64,000 nt of DNA from Azolla caroliniana (Eukaryota > Plantae > Polypodiophyta). Of this stretch, positions 1-13,200 are shown one piece after another. The notes beneath the pieces were generated by a model that saw only the letters and a list, made by a program, of their open reading frames with translations, was not told the DNA's origin and did no database searches. Made by a program: the position numbers and the translations under genes. Each line of letters begins with the position of its first letter. Position 1 is the first letter of the stretch. Where the stretch lies: contig JBHGNT010000009.1 in assembly GCA_043228905.1 (NCBI GenBank), forward strand, positions 21,266,001 to 21,330,000. The letters run 5' to 3'.

Positions 1-857
1 GAAAGAAGGGAGATAAGAGAGAGAAACAAAAACAAAAAGGAATAAGTGAAAAAATATGTACACGAACCCATGAATTTTATGGCTTGCAACCCTATGATCC
101 GAAAACAACAAGATAAGGAGAGGGAAGGGAGAAACCACAACTTAAGTGTCTCATGGACATTGGTGTTACTACTTACTCTAAAGAAATTATGTACATGGCG
201 AGTGATTGTTCCTCTAAACAACCACAATCTCTAACGTATTGTGAGATTTGACTATGACTGACATTTTCGAGGGAAGCTCCATATAGGTATCTTGTTTGGG
301 ATGGAATGTTGAGGTTAAACATGGGTGTTTGGATGCAATTGCCAAGCTCAATGATACAAGTCAAAGGTTTTTTCATTGTAGACCTAGGAAGTGGCATGAT
401 TGACAAACCAATGTGGGCATTGGTAGAGACTAAAAGGTGAGGGGTGGTCCGACATAAAGAGTATTATGTGGCAACTCAAGATGAACGTGAGGGACAAAAT
501 TGAGCGTTACCTTCGTACAAACTTTGCACATTCGTGGTTTGATGGGAGATTGACATCAACTAAGGATGGCACAACGAATACATCACTCATCAATGATGAA
601 CGAGGTACTAACTGAACAAAACAATGTGTATGGAGGTTGGTTTATCTCTAGGGTAACATAACTAAACTTTAACCAAGACACGTGTGAGCCAGCTAGCATG
701 CCAAACACATTGTCAGAAACTACAACATGAACATGCCGATGTAATACTAGAAATTAGAATAATAGGACAAGAAATGGATTGCCAATTTGATTGATTGCTC
801 AAAGGAATACAACCAAACTAGTACAACACAAAATCAAAGTAGCATTACAAGAATGAA

Positions 858-2480
858 CTTTTTTTTTTATTTTTAAAAAGATACACCTTAGTAAATTACT
901 TGAGAAATGTACATATAGAAAACAGAGGGAGACATTTCATCTCACCTCTATTGTAATACAAAACCTAATACCAACATCTAATGATACAGATGATATCACA
1001 ATAGGAACAAATGGAACACCATCTACAAGCTATGCAATAAAAAAGGAGGAATGGAATAATTCCACTTCATACCAGGAGACGTATCTGAAAATAAGTGAAG
1101 CCCTCGCCACCGTTTCTTAAAGTCCACTTGACGTTGCCTTTGAGCATCAGTTGTACCCTGCAAATCATCATATTGTCCACGTATGGTGTGGACAAATAAC
1201 CACCAGAATTCAATAAGCATATTATTGAGATGTATGTGAGCATTATTAAAAACAACATCGCATCTCGTTTTCCATATTGTCCACATCGCTAGTGACGTAA
1301 CAGTACGCCAAATAACCAGATTTTCAGTTCTAAACCGAGGAATAACAGATGGAAATGAAGTGAGATAGATGTACCCATTGGAAAAGTAAAAAACATGAGA
1401 AGCATGCATACGTTCGTAATTCATAACATCTCCATGAAGGACACCCCATAATACTGCACCCCACGAGAAAGTAGAACGAGCATAGTGGTTTCTTAGTAAT
1501 AAAAACAACTTACTCTAGAATTGCTTGATTTTGGGACACATCCAAAACAAATGCAAAATAGATTCCGGAGATTCACCACAATGCATTCCACAAGCATATT
1601 GCTGATTTTGCCTCAACCAATCACCAACAGGAAGAGCATAATGTATCAACAACCAACGAAAACAAATAACTTTTTTCGGCAACTGCATACTCCACAACCA
1701 TTTCCAAAATTTTGTAAGTTGTAGTTCATTCACATTATTTGCAATCCAATGCTTCATGGCAGCCGGGCATTTATACTTTGATTGCAATAAGAAATTTCTA
1801 CCTAACTTAACTGAATACTGAAAGAACTCTAAGTGTTTACCATTTCCATTAGCATTCGGTTTTTTCCATTGATAATCAGCTGGATCCCAATCCAAATTAT
1901 AAAGCGGCTTTTTTTGAAAACCCCACAACGAACAACACCGTAAGCATTCTTGAAATGGTGGATCCAAGAGCCATTTTTTTCCCGATCTTGCAACTACTCG
2001 AATCGCTGAAACATTGGCGGATATCCACACATCTGATTCAGAAAATACATGCCACAACCTACCATCATCATCCACATTAAAGTATATTACATCACCCATA
2101 GTGTTAGTTACTTTAGCTCCTAAAATCACTTTTAGAGGAGAGAAATAACCAAACCAAATCTGATTGCTAGAGGGGGACCATGAAGCCATAAATTGAATGA
2201 ACTTTTGTAATGCGCCACCTAGATATTTCTAGAATGCAACCAATGGAAGGTAAGATTTGAACAAGGACCCTTGGTGGTATATCCTATGTCTCCAACTCAG
2301 TCACATAGATCGCCTCCACTAGCCATTTCACGACGAAAACTCCCAAATCCTACATTAACATAGTATGAAAATCCAAAATTTGACCATGGGTAAAGACTCA
2401 TGAAGGACAAGGGGATAGCTCACCCTATTAACCAAACAAATCACAAAGTGATTATGACCAAGATTGAAATAACAATGTTG
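858..2480 (-). mobile_element. 3' part of a degraded L1-like LINE (ORF2 C-terminus with zf-RVT-like region, poly(A) tail)
   Basis: ORFs 1515-2189 and 1023-1508 carry FWKWLWSMQLPKKVICFRWL...C..C..SPESILHLFWMC and WTIWKTRC motifs typical of plant LINE ORF2 C-termini. The T-run at about 858-874 is poly(A) on the minus strand. The 5' boundary is approximate. Confidence 0.8.
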
Positions 2481-2635
2481 ATGTGACATGTGCAAAAGGG
2501 GAAAACTGAGAAAAAAGGCAAAACGCACAAAGGCTTAAGTGATGTTGGTTTAAATTCTCACTAGAAGAAAAATTGAGAAGAACAAGATTAAAACAAGAAA
2601 CCATATTCCAAATGGAAAGAGGTAACTAATATAAC

Positions 2636-2929
2636 TGTTGAGAGATCAAGCTCAACTTAGTTTAGTTAGTTAGTCAACCATGTAACTTCGTAGTTACCTA
2701 GATAGAATCTAGTTAGAAGTGTTGACTATAACACTTGAAATAGGACCTTGTACTTAAGTGGGATATTGTAGATCCTCCACTCCCAAGTACATTTAATATA
2801 GGACTCACACATGTGCACCTTTGCACATGAGATGTATATATACCTCATTGTGGGTATTTTTGTATTTTGATGATGATAATGCTAATTTAATATACTTACT
2901 CATCCCCCATCTTGTGTTCTTCATAAGTG

Positions 2930-2969
<40 letters not shown>

Positions 2970-3074
2970 TCTCACACACATACACACACATATCACTTAA
3001 TCTTCCGCTTATCAACTAATCACATAATTAGGTACTAATTAATCCTTGCTTAATTACTTACCTAATTCTTAACA
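2636..3074 (+). repeat. 5' LTR of a degraded Copia element
   Basis: Starts tgttgagagatcaagctcaac, nearly the same terminus as the other Copia LTRs here. Ends ttaaca directly before a PBS. Contains (CT)n at about 2932-2965. Confidence 0.8.
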
Positions 3075-3085
3075 TGGTATCAGAG
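3075..3085 (+). promoter_or_regulatory. Primer-binding site, tRNA-iMet
   Basis: tggtatcagag immediately after the LTR. Confidence 0.9.
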
Positions 3086-3244
3086 TGTGTGGTTTAGCAT
3101 ATCCACTAAGCCCACCCAACTCTTCGTAATTGTGTGTTTGAAACACCGATGACAAATTCCGGCCATTCGCTACTGTAGTGTCGCTACATAGCACATACAC
3201 GTGATCGAAGGAAGAAAAACAAAAGAAGAGAAGACACAATCAAC

Positions 3245-3930
3245 ATGAACACACAAATGGGTAGCTCGCTCCCTGACGAAAAGCTAGACCGGAGCAATTA
3301 TTCATCTTGGGAGTACAAGATGGCCCAATACCTCATTGGCCAAGGGTATTGGAGCTACATCAACGGCACACAAGAAAATTGACCCAACTTGAAAAATGCC
3401 GACTATGCAATATGGGAGCAAGTGGCGAGTCGAATCATGTATTGCTTGGCAACATGTGTCCACGACCACATGCTTAGCCATATTTGAGACGCCAAGACGC
3501 CCAAAGAGGTGTGGGAGAACTTAAAGAAAATGTTCGCCGCCAACACAACCGCCCGAAAGCTTCAACTTTGATAAGAGTTAAACAACATTCGGCAAAAAGA
3601 CATGTCCGTGTCGGACTACACCACCAAGATCAAGAGCATTTGCGACTCGCTTGTCTCCATCAAAATAAACGTCAACGAAGACGAGATTGTTCAAGTATGC
3701 TTGGGCGGCCTCTCATAACGATTCGACTCATTGAGGACGGTAGTCTTGGCGAGGGAAAACCCTCCCTCGTTCTTCGACCTTCAATCAATGCTAATGGTTG
3801 AAGAGAACCACGTCCAAACCAAAACCAAGACATCGGAAGGACAAATGTTCTTCTTGAATTCGGATGGTGGCCGAGGACGAGGTTACCGTGGTAAAAGAGA
3901 TCAATTCGACCCATCACACGAAGGGAAATC
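3245..3930 (+). pseudogene. gag: Copia gag remnant (frameshifted, truncated)
   Basis: Translates MNTQMGSSLPDEKLDRSNYSSWEYKM...PSFFDLQSMLMVEENH, homologous to the gag ORFs at 14166-14843 and 52016-52570. Stops and frameshifts; no pol or 3' LTR follows. Confidence 0.85.
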
Positions 3931-4686
3931 ATTGTTGTGACCGTAGCGTTGTGACAAGGAGTGCGAGCGAACTAGCACAACTATTGAGATGATATGGGAA
4001 GAATAAGAAAAGAAATAAAGCAATGATGCAAGTGAAACTAAGGTGAGTAGGGACAAATGTTCTTCTTGAATTCGGATGGTGGCCGGGGACGAGGTTACCG
4101 CGGTAAAAGAGATCAATTCGACCCATCACACGAAGGGAAATCATTGTTGTGACCGTAGCGTTGTGACAAGGAGTGCGAGCGAACTAGCACAACTATTGAG
4201 ATGATATGGGAAGAATAAGAAAAGAAATAAAGCAATGATGCAAGTGAAACTAAGGTGAGTAGGGACAAATGTTCTTCTTGAATTCGGATGGTGGCCGAGG
4301 ACGAGGTTACCGCGGTAGAAGAGATCAATTCGACCCATCACACGAAGGGAAATCATTGTTGTGATCGTAGCGTTGTGACAAGGAGTGCGAGTGAACTAGC
4401 ACAACTATTGAGATGATATGGGAAGAATAAGAAAAGAAATAAAGCAATGATGCAAGTGAAACTAAGGTGAGTAGGGACAAATGTTCTTCTTGAATTCGGA
4501 TGGTGGCCGAGGACGAGGTTACCGCGGTAGAAGAGATCAATTCGACCCATCACACGAAGGGAAATCATTGTTGTGATCGTAGCGTTGTGACAAGGAGTGC
4601 GAGCGAACTAGCACAACTATTGAGATGATATGGGAAGAATAAGAAAAGAAATAAAGCAATGATGCAAGTGAAACTAAGGTGAGTAG
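3839..4686. repeat. Tandem array, 4 x 212 bp
   Basis: Units start ggacaaatgttcttcttgaattc at 3839, 4051, 4263 and 4475 and are nearly identical. Confidence 0.95.
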
Positions 4687-4790
4687 GATTAGAGGTGAAC
4701 AAGAGTAAAAGAGAATGAGAGAATGAGATGAAAGAAGAAGAGAAGAGTGAGTGAGAAAAAAATAAAAGCTTAAGAAATTTTCATTAGAAA

Positions 4791-4842
4791 GACCTTTTGC
4801 AAACTAGTTTCGCTCTAGGTAGAGCTCATCAGTGCCAAGGTC
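4791..4842 (-). ncRNA. Minimal type I hammerhead ribozyme
   Basis: Minus strand reads GACCTT-G-GCA CTGATGA GCTCT-acct-AGAGC GAAA CTAG TT TGC-AA-AAGGTC: full core, stems I and II pair, palindromic stem III (ACTAGT). Confidence 0.85.
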
Positions 4843-4873
4843 ATTTACAACAAGAGGGTAGGTTTATATAGGG

Positions 4874-4876
<3 letters not shown>

Positions 4877-4910
<34 letters not shown>
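4877..4910. repeat. (GA)n microsatellite, left flank of LINE
   Basis: Perfect AG dinucleotide run. Confidence 0.95.
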
Positions 4911-4917
<7 letters not shown>

Positions 4918-5156
4918 AGCGTTGGAAAGCCCTCGAGTAGAGCTTCGCAACGAGATATAGCAAGTTGAATTTGGCGGTTTGTACGAGAAGCAGCAATAGC
5001 AATAAGGAATCTTGTGTTGTCAGCATCCACATACTCAAAACTCATTGTGGGTCGATTGCTTTCAAAATCTTCGACCTCTTCAATCATGTGAGTTCTGATT
5101 TTCTCTCTTGTTCATGGAAAATTGTTTTTATCCCGGATTGATATAATGATGGACAT

Positions 5157-5611
5157 TGTTACCCGTTCCTTTGGGTGAACACCTTCGATAGATCTGCGTC
5201 TATCAGTCTTCAAGGGCGTGGTACGTGAAGGCTCGTACAGAGGCGTCGAGAGAGATACAGGGCTCAGAGAGAAAACACTAGCGAGGTTTTGATAGACGTG
5301 GCGGCGTGAAACTCATAGGTATAGATCGAAGCACAAACTCATGCAGCAAAATAAGCACAATTAAAATATATTACTATGACAGAAAAGGATTACAGAACAC
5401 GGCCTATGGACGGTGACCTTACGAGTTTATCTACTTCGAATGACTAAGCTAGTGCTTCCGCCTATAATTTTCTTCTCTCCCCTTTCTGAGGTACTGCTTC
5501 TCGTTTAAATAACTTTTCCCCTAACACACAGCCGAGCCATCGGTGGCCCGTGATACTCGGACTCGGCGTTTGCTAATTTCCTAATTTTACATTTCTATCC
5601 TCTGGACAACA
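5157..5611 (-). repeat. 3' LTR of host Gypsy
   Basis: tgttaccc...ggacaaca; about 11 substitutions versus 27187-27641 counted by eye. Confidence 0.95.
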
Positions 5612-5613
5612 CC

Positions 5614-5630
5614 TGGCACGCCCGTGGGAC
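5614..5630 (+). promoter_or_regulatory. PBS-like tRNA-Arg complement where the PPT is expected
   Basis: tggcacgcccgtgggac 2 nt inside the LTR; inverted counterpart of the PBS at 27169-27181. Confidence 0.8.
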
Positions 5631-5708
5631 AGGACCTTGTCCGTCAGACCCACGACTTACAAAATACTAATAATATTACAAAATTGCCTTTTAGGCGTGA
5701 TCCTCGTT

Positions 5709-8700
5709 TCATTCCTCCTTTAAGATGTCGAGGATGCTTTCGGGGTCCGAGGTGATGGCAGGGTGGTCTGGTTGGACTGTCGGTGCGGGGGGTTGAGTTT
5801 GGTCCGGGGGTGGCATATCTTCTCGGGTGGCCGCCTCGGGTGCGACCGATTCTTCAGGTGGGGGTGTGGGCTCGTGGGCGCTGACCTCTCCTTCGACAGG
5901 CTCTAGTATCGTGTGGGCATCCAAGGGATGTCTGTTGGCCGGGGCAAGTTCCTCTTGTGCCGTGTCCGTGATCTCCTCGCTGGGAGGTTCTTCTTTCTGG
6001 TCTGTGGCCGTTGGAGGGCTGGTGGGGATGGCTGCGAGTCGTTCTCGTTCGAAGGCTTCTGCTTCCAAGCGAAACAACATCTGACCATCATTGAAGTCCT
6101 CCATTATTTGCGCGATTGCCGAGGTGTTAGATTTTGCCAAGGACTGGTAATCCTCGGTTAAATTTGCACGCAGGTTTTGAATGCTGGCTTCGTCCATTTT
6201 GTAGAAGCCGCGGCCCTCCTTCCGTTGGTTCTCGGCGTCAGCGCGTAAAATATGCAATTCGGCAGCTTGGGCTGCCCATTCGTCTCCTGTGCGACTTAAT
6301 GTTTCCTCGACCTTTTTGGTAAGGTGATGGCGCTGTTTCTCGAGCAGTATGCGGATGCGTGTCTCATCCATGCCGGGCTGTGCTCGGATGGCTGCTAATT
6401 CCTGTTTTAAGCCGTCGACCTCGGCCTGAATCTTCTGTGTCCTTAGCTCATGGATGGTCTGACTGTTCTTTGCATCCGCGGTTACGAGCTGGAGAGCCTG
6501 CTCGTAACGCTTGGTGAGTTCTTCGGTGGCCTGCTCCCGTTCTTTTTGACACGTGGCCCGGATTTGTTCCCGTTCGACGATTCTCTCTTCTTGTAGGGCG
6601 AAGTAGGAATCCGATAAGGCGTCTTTTTGCTCCGAAAGTAGCTTGCATTTGATGAAAAACTCGTCAGCCATCTCTTTAAGGGTCGTACGCTGACTCTGCA
6701 GCTCGACATTCTCCGCGTTCATCCTCTCCTCCCGTTCGCGATTTCTTTCCTCCTGCCACTGGTTCTAGTCGTGTGCGTTGTCGAGCGCGGCCTGTAGGTC
6801 TAGAACCTTCGTCTCTTTCTTCACCACTGTGGCTGCGTATTCCTCCAGCTTGCTTTTGAGTTCGGCTTCCTTGGCCGCTACTTGCGCTTGTACCCGGCCC
6901 AGTGCTTCGTTTTGCTCGTGTATCCTTTGGTCGGCCTGGGCTCTTATCTCGGCCATCTGCTTGGAAGCTTCTTCTTTTAGGCGAGCCATCGCCTCTTGAT
7001 GCCGTTGCTTGTGTCTCTCGGTTCGCTGTTCTTCTTCTTTAAGCTCCGCACGGTAATCCTGGAGCGGGGGTTCTATTTGGGTTGCCACCTCCTTGGTTGC
7101 ATGAGGTGCGAGTAGTTTGGTTTGCTCCACGGCCATGGCCGCCTCGGTTGTTGTGCAGGCATCGACCATTTGTAACGAGTCCGTTTGTGTACTGGCCTGC
7201 ACCTTCAGGATGGAGTCGGTGATGGTGCTTTCATCCATCATCGTTATGCGTGGAGGCGCTGGGAGGGCCTCGGTGGTCGTTACTGGAAGGCTCGAGACGT
7301 GTTGTTCCAACCGGTTTTGCTCCCAGGCTGCCAGCTTCTGGTTTGCAGCGTGCCATAGTTCTGTAGCCATCTTAGCCTATTTTTGGGCTACTTTTATCTT
7401 TCGGGCCATGTCTTTGGCTGCCCGCGTAGTGTGATCCAGGTCCCGATATGCCTCGATAAGGGCCGTGTTCAACTCGGGGACCTCCATGAGGAGAGCGGCC
7501 TGTTTTGCCTGCTTCTTCCTCCCGATTTTTTGTAAAGCCCTGTCCTCCTGGGGCTCAATTTCACCTATTAGCGCGCATTGAATCATTTTTGTTTCGGCAT
7601 GCTCTTCCGCCATCCGAGCGGCTGCCGCGACTTGGGCTCTGGCGAGGAAGTCGACCAGCTCGAATGACGTACCGAGGCGGAGGAGCGCACTAAATTCGTA
7701 AGCCTCCGCGGGGAGGTCCTTATACCAGAGGACTTCATCCTCCGAGGTCTGTGTTGTCTGCCCATGCTCGATCGTTCCCTGGTTCAGCGATGCCTCCGCA
7801 GGGGTGATGGCCAGGTTGCTCTGTCTGACCACTAAGGCTTGCTCCTGATGTGGCTCCTTCTGTTCTTCCAAGGACTCTCGGTTGAGTCGTCTTCTTTTGC
7901 TTGGTTGTGTTTGGGGTTCCGGGGCCGGTAGTGTCGTTTCCTCCGCCTGCTTCCTTTCCTGGGGTCTTGGTGGTGCAGCCTGCTGTGTGTTGGAGCGTGG
8001 GCTAGGTCCTGGGGACGTTACCGAGGGGCGCAACGTTGGCTGTCGAATGGTGACATCATCGGCCGTGTTGTCTGCCGTGGCTACCTCCCCCTCCCATTCT
8101 TGGCAGGTCTCGGAAACTACCTTTTTTTGTTGGGGTTGGGCGGGTGGTGGAGCAGATGCGGTTTTCTGGTCGGCGGTAGGGGGTGAAGGCGATGTAGGCT
8201 CCTCCCATGCTTCATGGCTGATGGCCACAAATTTCTCTCTCTGCCTCCGTGGTGGTGGTGGGGACGTGAGTGCACGAGGGGAAGGAAGTGAAGAGGGTGG
8301 GTATAGCACCATCAAAAAGTGGGTAAGAACAGACAACATCTTCTTACCGGACTGAAATGAAGCTAAGGAGGCGCAGAGTCCTTCGCCTGTGATGATTCCC
8401 CAATCGATTCTATTTCCTTCATAAGCGTTGATGATGATGGCTGCCTTGTTCTGCGGCATGCTCGTTGGGTTCGTATGTATGAACACATACTCCATCAAGA
8501 TACGAGCAATCTCCCCGAAAGCTTTGTTGGGCCCGCCATACGTGCGATATGCCTTCCCTGTGGCTGAGTACTCACCGAAGTACGCCTTCATCTTTGATGC
8601 CGGGGGTATGTCGACCTCATGGTCCCCTCCCCGTTGCAGGTCCAAAACAGCCCAAAGCACGTTGTTGGTGATGGCTTCGGGACTTATACGTTTCGCCACA

Positions 8701-8795
8701 GTTTGGGCATTTGGGTGCGCGGGGGCATCGATAACCTCCCATTCCTCGTTCCTGGAGCCAGGCGCGGGTTTCTGATGAGGCGGTAAGAGGCATAG
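5709..8795 (-). pseudogene. Extra ORF (about 1000 aa) downstream of pol: globular N-terminus, Pro-rich linker, long coiled coil
   Basis: ORFs 7377-8699, 6765-7370 and 5709-6722 share one frame and are separated by TAG stops; probable frameshift near the N-terminus; E/Q/K/A-rich helical sequence. Confidence 0.7.
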
Positions 8796-9311
8796 TGGAG
8801 ATGGAGGCTGGGTTTGACTGTGTGGAAGCGTGAAGCAAAGTGATGAGGCGAGGGCGAGCTACAGCAGGAGCAGCAGGAAGTGGAAGTCCAGCAGAGAGGT
8901 TATGAGAGCGGAAGAGGGCTTGAGAGCAAGAGCGCTTCGCGTGATGAGGGCGAGATGGGGTTTTTGATCTTGATAGCAATGGAGATGGAGAGCGATAATG
9001 GTCTGTGCTGCGTTTTGGAAACGGTTTTGGTAACTTATTCCTAGGGTTTTGTGCCTGCAGCGAATCCTGAAGATTCTGAGTCGTGGGTGCCATAATAAGT
9101 GACTAGCACCACGTGTCCTAAAGGTGAGTGGGGTGCTTCTAGTGCTTTGCATGTGGTTTGCATGTGTGAACAGCTTAAATAGGTACTAACTGAGTGGTGG
9201 CGAGGGGTGGAGCATAGAGAGTTGAAGGTAACTTGAACTAAGAGTGGAAGTGAGGGGTGCTCCTAAAATTGTGGTGCCTAGGTTGGTGGTGTAGGTGTAG
9301 CTAAACAATGG

Positions 9312-9651
9312 CTAAACTATGGTTTGGAGGATTTTATTTGTTGATTCTGCCAAGCCGTTCGCCTGTGGGTAGTATGGTGTGCTTTTCTTGTGCACCACCG
9401 CGTAGTGGTGTGTAAGCTCACGTATTATATGATTGATGAAGTGCCCACCTTGGTCACTAACGAGCTCGATTGGACATCCGTAACGGCACCAGAGGTGCTC
9501 GTACACAAATTTAGCCGTGGATGCCGCCGTGTTATCTCGGAGTGCCTTAGCCTCGACCCATTTGGTGCAGTAATCCGTGGCAACGATAATATATCTATTC
9601 CCTGTTCGGGCTGCGGGTGGTTTGAAAGGGCCTACAAAATCCAAACCCCAT
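9312..9651 (-). pseudogene. pol: Host Gypsy integrase core (rve), C-terminally truncated
   Basis: DFVGPF...ATDYCTKWVEA...VSDQGGHF...YYPQANGLAESTNK; continues the frame from 15305 across the Copia insertion. Confidence 0.9.
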
Positions 9652-10217
9652 TGTAGAAAGTAGCGTGCGGAAGTAGGTATGAAGACAGAACAGAGAAAGG
9701 AAACACAGGTTTAATGGAGAGCTTGAGCTTACACTGTATACGCAGGAGAGACAGAGAGAGAGAACACAAAAACTATATTTCACAATAATACTCAATCTCT
9801 ATGTACATAAGACGTGCTCAGTGAGCACTTTTATACAAGTCCTAAAAGGATTGACCGAAGTACTGACAGTACTTCAATGCTCATCAAGAGCCCCTACACT
9901 AACTTCCAAATATATTCCTCACGGAATATCTTTCCTAACGACCTCCCGGTTTACGCACTCGGCCTAACCGATCGGTCCCAACCGATCCAGTCCTCGGCTT
10001 CTTCAGCCGATCCGACCGATGTTGAGCTTGTCTCTCAACACTCCCCCTCAAGCTCAACTTGAGGCTCTTCGGGATCTTCACAACACCGGTTCCTCCTGGC
10101 TTCACGCCTCACTCGCGCTCCTCGACCTGTTCGACTCTGCGCGCTTCGACCCTTCCGGTCGGCTTGTCTGCTCATCCGGCCCTTAGCTCTTCTGCTGTTG
10201 CGGTGTTGACGCTTCTT

Positions 10218-13200
10218 CTACTGCCTTTTCTTCCGCTTGGGCCTCAGTTGATTCAGCGTGTCTGAATCAAACATCTGAACCGACTCGGCTACCTCTGATC
10301 GGTCTTCGCTCTCGTCTGAGTTGGCTGTCTCCAACTCGTCTTCGGTCTTCTCGCCCTCGATGGCGTTATCTTCCCCATGCGTGGTTAGCATCGGCTCTCT
10401 CCTTCGGTTGCTCCCCTTTTGTCTGCTTCCGAACCTTTCCGCGGGTCCACCCTCGGCTTCTTCAGCCGATCCGATGTCGAACTCGACAACCGACTCGGTG
10501 TCGCGGTGTCCGCTCCTTTCCTGCTGCTTTGGTTGGTCGTTCGGGACTGTTCTCCCCCTCAAGTTCGGCATGTCAAGGTGACGCAACCCGAGCGCACCTG
10601 AGAATTGCCGCAACTTGTCCAGACCAAGCGGCTTGGTGAAGATGTCGGCAGCCTGCCGATCCGTCGGAACGTACTGAAGTTCGACTTCACCGGAAAGGAC
10701 ACGCTCACGGACGAAATGGTAGTGCACCTCAATGTGCTTGGTCCGTGCGTGGAAAACAGGGTTTTTCGCGAGCTGGATGCTGCTGAGGTTGTCGCAGTAG
10801 ATCGTCGTCGGATCGGACACCTCCTCTTGCAGGTCCTTAAGTTGCCGCTTCAACCATATGGCTTCGCATGTCGCGACAGCCGCTCCTCGGTACTCTGCTT
10901 CGGTGCTCGACAGTGCAACTGTCGGCTGCTTCTTACTGCACCACGCGATCGCGGCACTCCCGAGGGAGAATGCGTATCTGGACGTGGATCGGCAATCGGC
11001 GGCGTTGCCAGCCCAATAAGCATCGGTGTAGCCGACTAGCTGCGCGACTGCACTGGTCCGATATAGCAGTCATCAGTCCTTAGTGCCGTTGACATACCGA
11101 AGTATGCGTTGCGCACACTGAAGGTGCTCCTCGGTAGGTCGCGCCATGAACTGACTGATCACCCCGACCGGGTAACTGAGGTTGGGTCGGGTGATGGTCA
11201 AGTATATGAGGCTTCCGACAATTTGTCGGAACCTCGTCGGGTCGCATACCTTTCCCGTCTCGGGACGAAGCTTGACGGTTCTATCCAGAGGAGTCGAGAC
11301 GGACTTACAGTCGGCCATCCCGAGCTTGAAGAGCATACTCAGCACGTAGTGACGTTGGCTGATCAATATGCCTTCGGGGGTACGGATCACTTCGATCCCG
11401 AGGAAGTAATGAAGGTCCCCCAGATCCTTCATGTCGAACGATGCCGCAAGCTGGAGCTTCACGCGGTCGATTTCACCTAGGTCGGCGCCAGTGATGACCA
11501 AGTCATTAACATATAATAGAATACTAACCGGTCCGAGTCGACCTTTCCGGATGAACAGGGAAGAGTCCGATTTTGACGTGACGAAGCCCATCCGACGGAG
11601 TTGTTGCGTGATCTTCGTGTTCCAGGCACGCGAGGCTTGCTTCAGTCCGTAAAGGGACTTCTTCAGTCGGCATACTGCCGAGGAGTTCGTTCTGGAGTGA
11701 AATCCGGGGGGCTGTACCATGTACACTTGTTCCTCAAGGTCACCTTGCAGGAACGCATTCTTTACATCCATTTGATGTAAGTGCCACCCCTTCGCCGCAG
11801 CTACTACGAGCAAAACACGGACGGTCGTCATTTTCGCGACCGGTGCAAACGTCTCATCGTAGTCGATGCCGTGTTTCTGCGCGTAGCCCTTTGCCACTAG
11901 CCGAGCCTTGTACCGGTTGACCGAGCCATCGGTGTTGTACTTGACCTTGTACACCCACCTACACCCGATCGGCTTCACACCCTTTGGTACGTCAACTAGG
12001 TCCCAGGTCTCGTTCTCCGCCAATGCGTGCATCTCTTCCTCCATCGCGGCACGCCAATTCGCGTCTTTAGCCGCTTCTGCGTAGCTCTCCGGCTCACGCA
12101 CGTCCGCTACACGGGTCATGTACGCATAATGATGCGCCATGTACTCGTTGTAACCGAACCGCACAACTGGGTTCTTCTGGCGGGTAGATCGGCGTAATCT
12201 CAAACTAGCCGATGTCGAGGCCTTCTCGGTCGACGCGGTCTTCACCTTTAAAGACCCGTCACCGGTTCCCTTGGAGTCGGACTCGCGTCGGTCTGACTCG
12301 TTCCTTTCCGTGCCGGAATCCGACACCTTCTTCTTCCCTTTCTCTTTGCGCGTAAGCCGTCTCCTCGGCTTCCTGCCCGGGGAATGCACGGCCGAGTCTC
12401 CACTACTCGCCGGCTCCTCATCGATTGGTCGTACCGACTCAGTCGTCCAATCGGTCCGCTTAACCGGAGTGAAATCGGACTCTCTTCGCGGGTCTCGATT
12501 TCGGGCACATCTAGAGGCATCTCGGCCTCGCTGACCTCATCGTCAGAGCTCGGATTGGAGTCGGGGTTCCGAGTCGGGGGCAGGTACCAAGACGCGGACT
12601 CGTCAAACACAACGTCGCAGCTGACACACGCTTGTTTGGTGTGAGGGTTATAGCACTTATAACCATTCTGCTCGTCCGAGTAACCGACCAAGATGCATTT
12701 CTCGGCCTTTGCGTCCAGCTTCCTCCTTTTCTCCTTCGGTACATGCACATACGCAATACTACCGAACACCCTCAAGTGTCGCAAGTTCAGCTTCGTTCCG
12801 AAATATAGCTCGTGCGCTGACACTTTGTCTCCGATCCGGATCTGGATGTATACCGCGGTCCTTACCGCCTCGGCCCAGTAGAACTTGGGCAAGCTCTTCT
12901 CCTCCAGCATTGCCCGTGCCGCTTCCACAATCGACCGGTTCTTTGTCTCGGCCACGCCGTTCTGCTCCGGCGTGTATCTACAACTGAATTCCGTTGAATT
13001 CCCATTTGTTGTAGATAACCGTTGAATTGACCGGAAAAGTACTCCTTCCCTCCATCCGACCGCAGGCACTTGATCTTTCGTCCCGTTTCGGTTTCCACGA
13101 ACTCCTTGAGGTCCTGGAAACAGTCGAAGACTTCGCTCTTCCTCTCAATGAGGTAGATCCACGTGTGCCGCGTGTGGTCCTCGATGAAGGAGACGAAATA

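Noticed and set aside
1-850. Short ORFs at 46-234 and 173-406
   Set aside because: No recognisable motif; possibly decayed retroelement sequence, but a call is not supportable.
3901-4568. Repeated 71-aa hydrophobic ORFs resembling a small-peptide array
   Set aside because: By-product of the 212-bp tandem repeat, with frames rotating between units.
5709-8699. Retroviral envelope gene
   Set aside because: The position is env-like, but no signal peptide or transmembrane anchor is visible.
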